Source: a candidate division WOR-3 bacterium
GTDB taxonomy: Bacteria > Hydrothermota > Tepidihabitantia > SM23-42 > CAYGYG01
Reading direction: 5' to 3'
Assembly: GCA_965648915.1 (NCBI GenBank)
Contig: CBFGIV010000056.1
Coordinates: forward strand, 1-13,678
DNA: 13,678 nucleotides
In this document: positions 7,501 to 13,678 of the stretch, piece after piece
Position numbering within the stretch: position 1 is the stretch's first letter
How the letters are laid out: each line of letters starts with the position of its first letter
The notes under the pieces: model-generated
The model's input: the letters and a program-made list of their open reading frames with translations, nothing else
Told to the model about the DNA's origin: nothing
The model's database searches: none
Program-made: the position numbers and the translations under genes

Positions 7501-10500
7501 TTAAATTCCTAATTCTTTACGGAAATCCGCATATTGCCGATAAATTCTTTGCTCAAGAAAGCGGGTCCGGACTTTTTCATCGGTGATGAATTTAAGAATC
7601 TCGTTCTGGAGCAGAGATGCCTGCTCATAATTTTTAATTGCCTCGGCCTTTTTCCCCTGTAATAAGAGAATCCGGCTCAGGTTAAAATAGATTTCAAATT
7701 GTGTATCTATTGACAGGGAATAGTTCTCAACCTTATTGATGATGTCAATGAGTAACTCTCTGGCTTCCTCGAGGTAATCCGACTTTTTTGATTCAGCGCT
7801 GAGTGCCTGGGCAATCCTTGTTTCGGCTTTGAAAATCTTACAATTAACCAACAAGGATAAGTTATTAAACCTCTCAGCCTTAATCCAAATCTGGTCACAT
7901 ATCTTTAAGGCGGTATCAAAATCGCCTTTTTCAAGTTTGACTCGAGCAATGTGGAGTTCGGTAGTTGCCTTCAAGATTTTGCTACCCAGTCGCTCGAAGA
8001 TCTCCTGTGCCGTGCTGAGATACCTTTCGGCAAGGTCGTAATTCCCTCTTTCCTTTTCAATCAGTCCTAACCCCATATTACCATAGCCATTGCCCAGATG
8101 ATTATTAATCTTTTCATTAATATTCAGATACTTCCGATACTCTGCTTCTGCCTTTTCGAGGTCATTCAATTCATAATATAATAGACCAATATTGTAAGTA
8201 GTGATTGCCTGACTCAGGAGATCGCCGATTTTTTGTGCAATGGATAGGGATTTTTTCAGATACTCAAGCGCCCGGTAAAAGTCGCCCTTTTTTGAAAAAT
8301 GGCCGTGAATGTTATTATAGACTACCCCGATACCCGTCAGATCATCAATTAGCTCATAAAGTTTAAGTGACTTATTATAGTAATCGAATGATTCTTCCTC
8401 CCGGCCGATCCGGGCATGGATTGAACCTAAGATATTATAAATTCTTGCCTGGACCTTACGCATATCGATACCAGACCTATCTAAAGTCAATTTTAATCCG
8501 TTCTCTAAGACCTCCTGAGATGAAGAAAATTCACCTTTTAAGTATTTGACCCAGGCTAAACCGATCATAGTCTCCAATTGTAACGCAACATCCGGTTCGG
8601 ATAAAAGAGACAGCGCATTCTGATAGTAATCGGTTGCCTTTTCATAATCACTTATCCTCTCATAGGTATGGGCGATTGCGGCATAGATTTTTGCCCGCTG
8701 TTTTGGTTCTTCACTGAGGCTGAGTGCCTGATTATAAACCATTAGGGCATCGTCATTTTGCCCGATGATGCTATAGACCTTGCCTAAATTTTCAAGGGCA
8801 ATTCGTTTTAAGGAATGATTGCCTCCCTGCCGGTTAAGTTCATCGATGATCCACAGATAATAAAATATGGCAGCGGTATTAGCATATTTTGTTTGGGCAT
8901 TTTCTCCAGCCTTAAAGGCGTAATCGATTGCCTTTTCAAAATTGTCGGTTTTGCTAAAATGTTCAAAAAGGACCTCGTTGAATTCATTGAGACGGTCTTT
9001 ATATAAAGTCTCGATCGTCTCAGCAACTTTTAAGTGAAGTTCCTTTAATATATTTTTGGGGATGCTTGAGTATATCACATCCCTGAGCAGACCGTGATTG
9101 AATGAGTAATCCTCGTCGTTGTTGGAGGAGATAAAACCATTTTCGCGTAATTGAACAATCAATCGATCGAACTCTTCCCAGCGGCTGGTGAATTTTTTTA
9201 ATAGGCGTAGAGAAAAATTTCGACCCAAGACCGCCATCTCGCTCAGGATTTCTCTTAAGTCGTCACTGAGGGTATCTAAACGGGAGCGGATTATTCCTTC
9301 AATTGTATAAGGGATGCTGATATCAGTCTTTACGGATCTTGCAAACCACTGATTGCCCTGCCGATAAAGAATCCCTCTGGATATGAGAAGTTTTATTATT
9401 TCCTCAAGGAAGAATGGATTACCTTCAGAACGGCTGACGATTTCATCAATCAGGGATTCAGCAAGATTGGGAATTTTCAATAGATTGCGTGTAATCTCCC
9501 GGGTGGCGTTCGGATCAAGTCTTGCTAAGTTTATCTCAATTAGATCCAGTTCCTTTTTTAAGTTCTCCTGTAGAGACCAGTAGGGTTTATCCTTATCCAC
9601 TCTGGAAATCAGGATGATGAGGCCAGGTAATTCAGGTGGAGTTTGGAGAAAGAAGTTTAACAACTCCAAGGTCGTCTCATCAGCAAAATGGAGATCATCG
9701 ATACAGTAGACAGTTGGGACTGATGCTGCGTAATTTTTTAGGAAAAGAGAAGCTGAGATCTGGGTCTGTAATTTTAAGTCTTTGGGTCGCAGATATTTGA
9801 CCATTACCTCCTGATTTGACTCCAATTTAATATTAAAGAGTTGAGCCAGATAGGGATATGCTTCATCCGCCTTACCGTTCATAATTTTTTTAACCGCTGT
9901 CTGGAGCTTATTGATGAGTCGATCTTCAGAATCGGTGCTCTCAATATTACAGATCTGCTTGATGATTTCAACAATCGGGGAATATACCTGCTCCTTATAA
10001 GGTGAACACCTTCCGGTAAACCAGTTGACGATCTTGGCTTCTTCGAGGGATAATCTCAAGGAATAAGTAAAAACCTCTTCAATCAGTCTCGATTTCCCAA
10101 CTCCGGCCTCACCATTAATCAGGACGATGCTCCCTTTACGCTTGTGAACTATTTGCTCAATGGTTTCCCTGAGTAACTTATATTCTTGGTCCCGACCAAT
10201 CAATGGCGACTGGAGCCCCTCAATTCCCCGCCGTTTTATCAAACCACTTCTCATTCTTAAGACATTATACACAGTCAAATCTTTACCCGTATCTTTGATC
10301 GTTAGCTTAAAAGGGTTCGAAAATTCAAATACGGTTCGGGTATTTGAATATATATCTTCAGTGATCAGTATCTGGCCCGCTGTACCATTCTCCATAATCC
10401 TCGCTGCGGTATTGACAACATCCCCCATAACCGTAAATGAAAATTTTCCGGTTGCACCGATCTCTCCAGCACAGACCCTGCCCAAGTTCATACCGATGCG

Positions 10501-10815
10501 CAATTGTACCGATATGTTGGAGTTGGCCTTCAGGTCTTCAATTCTTTTAGCCATCAAAAGGGCAGACCTTATTGCTCTTTCCGGGTCATCCTCATGGGCA
10601 ACCGGGACACCGAAGAGGGCCATAATGATATTCTCTTTATGTTGATTAATGTGGCCATCATAGATTTCAATTGTCTCATCGAGTTGATTGAAGATTGTCT
10701 GAATGAGCTCGGCATACTCATCTGGTTCCATAGTGGTAAGGTAATTTTCAAGGCCGAGAATTTCGACAAAGAGCACCACACACGGCCGGATTTGAGGTCT
10801 TTGCGTCTTTGTCAT
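7501..10815 (-). CDS. Class III adenylate/guanylate cyclase-like domain + STAND AAA ATPase + TPR repeats (1104 aa)
   Basis: MALFGVPVAHEDDPERA and MGDVVNTAAR (cyclase); LIGRDQE, GEAGVGKS (Walker A), CIDDLHFAD (Walker B), GNPFFLEE, FNHGLLRDVIY (STAND); C-terminal TPRs. ATG 10815 preferred because the track's TTG 10860 lies upstream of the promoter. Confidence 0.9.
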   Translation of the reverse strand: MTKTQRPQIRPCVVLFVEILGLENYLTTMEPDEYAELIQTIFNQLDETIEIYDGHINQHKENIIMALFGVPVAHEDDPERAIRSALLMAKRIEDLKANSNISVQLRIGMNLGRVCAGEIGATGKFSFTVMGDVVNTAARIMENGTAGQILITEDIYSNTRTVFEFSNPFKLTIKDTGKDLTVYNVLRMRSGLIKRRGIEGLQSPLIGRDQEYKLLRETIEQIVHKRKGSIVLINGEAGVGKSRLIEEVFTYSLRLSLEEAKIVNWFTGRCSPYKEQVYSPIVEIIKQICNIESTDSEDRLINKLQTAVKKIMNGKADEAYPYLAQLFNIKLESNQEVMVKYLRPKDLKLQTQISASLFLKNYAASVPTVYCIDDLHFADETTLELLNFFLQTPPELPGLIILISRVDKDKPYWSLQENLKKELDLIEINLARLDPNATREITRNLLKIPNLAESLIDEIVSRSEGNPFFLEEIIKLLISRGILYRQGNQWFARSVKTDISIPYTIEGIIRSRLDTLSDDLREILSEMAVLGRNFSLRLLKKFTSRWEEFDRLIVQLRENGFISSNNDEDYSFNHGLLRDVIYSSIPKNILKELHLKVAETIETLYKDRLNEFNEVLFEHFSKTDNFEKAIDYAFKAGENAQTKYANTAAIFYYLWIIDELNRQGGNHSLKRIALENLGKVYSIIGQNDDALMVYNQALSLSEEPKQRAKIYAAIAHTYERISDYEKATDYYQNALSLLSEPDVALQLETMIGLAWVKYLKGEFSSSQEVLENGLKLTLDRSGIDMRKVQARIYNILGSIHARIGREEESFDYYNKSLKLYELIDDLTGIGVVYNNIHGHFSKKGDFYRALEYLKKSLSIAQKIGDLLSQAITTYNIGLLYYELNDLEKAEAEYRKYLNINEKINNHLGNGYGNMGLGLIEKERGNYDLAERYLSTAQEIFERLGSKILKATTELHIARVKLEKGDFDTALKICDQIWIKAERFNNLSLLVNCKIFKAETRIAQALSAESKKSDYLEEARELLIDIINKVENYSLSIDTQFEIYFNLSRILLLQGKKAEAIKNYEQASLLQNEILKFITDEKVRTRFLEQRIYRQYADFRKELGI

Positions 10816-10822
10816 CGTGCTA

Positions 10823-10853
10823 ATTATAATAGTAAAAATATCGAGATTGTCAA
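10823..10853 (-). promoter_or_regulatory. sigma70 promoter for the cyclase-STAND gene
   Basis: TTGACA (10853-10848) followed by overlapping TATTAT (16-nt spacer) and TATAAT (10828-10823, 19-nt spacer). Confidence 0.65.
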
Positions 10854-10898
10854 TGACCAACTAACTCCCCCAGATATTAAAAAACTTAAAGTTTTCGC

Positions 10899-10926
10899 TT
10901 GACTTATCAGGTTTTTTAGTTATAAT
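10899..10926 (+). promoter_or_regulatory. sigma70 promoter for the FmdB-HU genes
   Basis: TTGACT (10899-10904), 16-nt spacer, TATAAT (10921-10926); ATG at 10932. Confidence 0.75.
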
Positions 10927-10931
10927 GGGGT

Positions 10932-11141
10932 ATGCCGATCTACGAATACGAATGTTGTCAGTGTCATGAAATATTTACCGAACTTGTTCTTTCCCGAAAC
11001 GAAGAAGTTCGATGCCCGAAATGTAAATCGGCAAAACTTGAGAAACTTTTCTCAACTTTTGCTGTCCAGGGAACAGCGGTCAAACCGGGCTCTGGTTGTA
11101 ATACCTGTTCGAGTAAAAATTGTGGTAGTTGTAAAAGATAA
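10932..11141 (+). CDS. FmdB-family zinc ribbon protein
   Basis: MPIYEYECxxC...CPKC...LEKLFS signature and a Cys-rich tail CNTC-SSKN-CGSC. Confidence 0.92.
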   Translation: MPIYEYECCQCHEIFTELVLSRNEEVRCPKCKSAKLEKLFSTFAVQGTAVKPGSGCNTCSSKNCGSCKR

Positions 11142-11217
11142 TAGACGCAGATACGAAATGACAAAACTTGTCTATGGCTGAAATCACTGTAAAGAAAAAT
11201 TAAATATTGGAGGTAAA

Positions 11218-11520
11218 ATGAGAAAGGACGAGATTATAACCAAGATAGCCGAACAGTTTGCACCGGCTTTTACCAAAAAAGATATCGAGGCAATTATCGA
11301 GAAGTTCCTCGAAGCCATAACCGATGCACTTTGTGAAAAGAAGAGGATTGAAATGCGGGGCTTTGGAAATTTCGAGTTGAGAAAAAGAAAGAGCCGTGCC
11401 GGCACGATAAAAAAGACCGGTGCCGAATTTTCCTTGCCACCGCGTTATGTACCCTTTTTTAAACCTTCGAGGTTATTGAAGGAGGTTATTCAGAAACGGA
11501 TTAAACCGGAAGGGAGTTGA
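11218..11520 (+). CDS. HU/IHF-family DNA-binding protein
   Basis: MRKDEII, IEMRGFGNF, KTG and VPFFKPSRLLKE motifs; SD GGAGGT at 11209-11214. Confidence 0.92.
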   Translation: MRKDEIITKIAEQFAPAFTKKDIEAIIEKFLEAITDALCEKKRIEMRGFGNFELRKRKSRAGTIKKTGAEFSLPPRYVPFFKPSRLLKEVIQKRIKPEGS

Positions 11521-11568
11521 TAAAAACCGGTTAGGATTCATTTTTAAGAGATTTTACGGTCTTTTCGG

Positions 11569-13497
11569 CTAACCGCTTCTCTTTTTGTTGAGCAGGTTAA
11601 GTATTACTCTCACCAGGGATTGAACATCAAGTTTTTGACTCCGATATAATACTTCTCGCTCATCAGATAACCCATAATATCTGATGCCCACTTTTTTGAA
11701 TCTAATCTGAACCCTTTTTTCAATCAGATATTGAGCAACCAGACTGCCCAGGCCTGTTTCTGCATTGTGATCCTCATAAGTTATAATCATTCCAGTTGCA
11801 ATTGCCCTTTTTAAAACGGAATTATCAAGAACGGTTGGCGTTGGAAGATTGATAACCATAATTAGATGTCCTCTTTTCTTCAGAAGATTATGGACTTCGA
11901 CCGCCTTGCTTACCAATGGTCCAAAAGTTAATATTGCTCCATCACGGCCTTTGCGGACAACTTCTGCCCGGCCATAAACAAATCGATAGTTCTTACCAAA
12001 GAACGGCTTGCCTGTTTCATCTGTGATGATCTCGGTTTTAGAGCGTCCGACACCGATCAGAAAATTCCCGGGTTGTTTCAGGGCATAGCGCACTACCTGG
12101 TCGGTCTGGTTGGCATCGGCCGGGATAATAATCTTAAAATTGTAGAGATTCTTTAAAAGACCGAGATAATCTATACAGTGGTGGGTCTTGCCATCAGGGC
12201 CAACATCCAGGCCCAGATGGGTGGCAAAGATTTTGAGATTGGTTGCATTTATGTCATTGAGCCTCTGTTGATTATAAGTCTCATCGATGGCGAAGACCCC
12301 AAAATCGCCAAAGATTGTCACAACTTGCTGAGTTGACAGGGCTCCGGCAATTGTTGCGGTCGAATGCTCTTGAACACCTGCCTCAAAGAAATTCTGGGGA
12401 TATTTCTGGCCAAAATCTCTGGTTCTGATCGATTCGGCCAGATCACAATCGAAGACGACGATCGGGGTGCGGTCTTTTATAGAAAAATTTAGTCGTGCAA
12501 TATCATTTAACGCATTGCCCAGTGCTTTACGATTATCTACTGCCTTATCATAGAGTAGTGGTTGTCCAGTATCGAGATTGATTTTGAATGACCGCTTCTT
12601 CTGTTGGGTAGTTTTGAAAATGGCTCTTTTTCGTCGCTCAATTAGGTGGGGCAGGTCGTTTAAGACACCCAGTTCGGCAAGTGCCCGGTTGCATTCTTCA
12701 AGGGTCAGGGCCCGACCATGAAACTCCGGATTATTTTCCATAAAAGAAACCCCTTTACCCATAGTGGTCCGTGCGATGATTGCGGTTGGGCGGTCGTTAT
12801 GAATGGCATATCTCAAACCTTTATAGATTGCCTGGAAATCGTGACCATCGATTTCAATAACCTCCCAGCCATCGGACAGATAGTTCTCTTTTATATTCAC
12901 CGGCATTACTTCACTGGTCCAACCCGATATCTGGAGTCGATTATTATCGATGATCACTGTGAGATTTCTCAGAAAATATTTGATTGCAAAGCGCCTTGCC
13001 TCACCGACCTGTCCTTTGGCCTGCTCACCATCACTCATTGCAACAAAGGTATGAAAATTTAAATTATGGATCTTCGAAGCGATTGCCAGACCACACCCGG
13101 CTGAAAGCCCCTGACCGAGATTCCCGGTCGACCACTCTATTCCCGGGACATTCCTGACCACATGGCCTTCAAATGGGCTGTTGATCTTTCTAAAACCGAT
13201 CAGGGCATCTTCGATATCAAAATAACCTAACCGACCGAGTACAGCATAAGCACCAGGTGAAGTGTGGCCATGACTGATAATGATACGATCACGCTCTGGG
13301 TAATTGAGTTTTGCTGGTGAAATTTCGGCATAGGAGTAGAGAATAAGGTAGATATCGATCGATGACATCGAACCGCCAGGATGGCCTGACCCGGCCAAGG
13401 TGGTCATTTTTAAAATATCGCCCCGGGCAAGACGAGCAAGTTCTTTAAGTTTTTCAATCTCCTGCGGGGATAAAGTTTCATTTTCAAAACGGGGCAT
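11569..13497 (-). CDS. tkt: Transketolase (single polypeptide)
   Basis: SGHPGGSMS, SHGH, STGNLGQG, SDGE...IIDNN ThDP motif, EAGVQEH, GPDGKTHH, YEDH. Confidence 0.92.
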   Translation of the reverse strand: MPRFENETLSPQEIEKLKELARLARGDILKMTTLAGSGHPGGSMSSIDIYLILYSYAEISPAKLNYPERDRIIISHGHTSPGAYAVLGRLGYFDIEDALIGFRKINSPFEGHVVRNVPGIEWSTGNLGQGLSAGCGLAIASKIHNLNFHTFVAMSDGEQAKGQVGEARRFAIKYFLRNLTVIIDNNRLQISGWTSEVMPVNIKENYLSDGWEVIEIDGHDFQAIYKGLRYAIHNDRPTAIIARTTMGKGVSFMENNPEFHGRALTLEECNRALAELGVLNDLPHLIERRKRAIFKTTQQKKRSFKINLDTGQPLLYDKAVDNRKALGNALNDIARLNFSIKDRTPIVVFDCDLAESIRTRDFGQKYPQNFFEAGVQEHSTATIAGALSTQQVVTIFGDFGVFAIDETYNQQRLNDINATNLKIFATHLGLDVGPDGKTHHCIDYLGLLKNLYNFKIIIPADANQTDQVVRYALKQPGNFLIGVGRSKTEIITDETGKPFFGKNYRFVYGRAEVVRKGRDGAILTFGPLVSKAVEVHNLLKKRGHLIMVINLPTPTVLDNSVLKRAIATGMIITYEDHNAETGLGSLVAQYLIEKRVQIRFKKVGIRYYGLSDEREVLYRSQKLDVQSLVRVILNLLNKKRSG

Positions 13498-13507
13498 AGA
13501 GCGACAA

Positions 13508-13535
13508 ATTATATGAAGAAATTAACGAATGTCAA
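13508..13535 (-). promoter_or_regulatory. Consensus sigma70 promoter for tkt
   Basis: TTGACA (13535-13530), 16-nt spacer, TATAAT (13513-13508); ATG 10 nt further on. Confidence 0.8.
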
Positions 13536-13641
13536 ATACTATTTAGAACATACAGCCCTGCCGAATACTTTTTCAAATTTTCCTATTTTTAGAGGTCGGG
13601 GTCATTAGAATTGATTTTTTAAGCAATGTAATAAAAAAGGG

Positions 13642-13670
13642 TAGACAACGCCCTGCTACTATGTTATAAT
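13642..13670 (+). promoter_or_regulatory. sigma70 promoter with extended -10 for a gene beyond the right edge
   Basis: TAGACA (13642-13647), 17-nt spacer, TGnTATAAT (-10 at 13665-13670). Confidence 0.7.
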
Positions 13671-13678
13671 AACATAAT

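Noticed and set aside
10816..10860. ORF-track TTG start at 10860 for the cyclase-STAND gene (likewise TTG 166 and TTG 845)
   Set aside because: The extensions run through promoter boxes or deep into the upstream gene; downstream ATGs fit better.
10160..10902. Plus-strand ORFs of 161 aa and 132 aa
   Set aside because: Antisense shadows of the cyclase gene with no recognisable motifs or RBS.
11521..11568. Bidirectional terminator between HU and tkt (also between the SDR gene and lpxB, 4511-4526)
   Set aside because: No convincing GC-rich stem-loop with a U-tract in either gap.
13000..13040. SDGE instead of GDG in the transketolase ThDP motif
   Set aside because: To my knowledge a recurring variant in this transketolase subfamily; the other motifs are intact.
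99..13062. Other 60-114 aa ORFs in the track overlapping called genes
   Set aside because: Nested in or antisense to well-supported genes, with no family features.
7483..13658. Similar strings GACAAC-CCCTGCT (minus strand, near 7494-7482) and GACAACGCCCTGCT (13644-13657)
   Set aside because: Two imperfect copies needing a gap; compatible with chance.

Overview
Gene-dense chromosomal window (roughly 40-43% GC by eye) from a lipid A-producing (diderm) bacterium; the lineage cannot be fixed from sequence alone. Left to right: start of a minus-strand gene running off the edge; a plus-strand three-gene unit (probable beta-propeller protein, ~900-aa outer-membrane beta-barrel with a SprA-like motif, atypical SDR epimerase); a convergent minus-strand pair of an ICMT/Ste14-family membrane methyltransferase (LmtA-like) coupled to lpxB; tRNA-Leu(CAG); an Nfu/NifU domain protein; a PHP histidinol-phosphatase-family gene; a large class III cyclase-STAND ATPase-TPR protein; an FmdB zinc ribbon; an HU/IHF protein; and transketolase. 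No mobile element, CRISPR array or rRNA was seen. Most notable: (1) a likely lipid A 1-phosphate methyltransferase overlapping lpxB; (2) near-consensus sigma70 promoters only 5-10 nt from SD-less ATGs at four genes, suggesting leaderless translation; (3) an NLR-like STAND protein whose cyclase domain has lost both metal-binding Asp residues; (4) a SprA-like barrel operon containing a catalytically degenerate SDR; (5) non-canonical residues in the HU arm and the tRNA D-loop. All family assignments are from motif recognition, not database searches.
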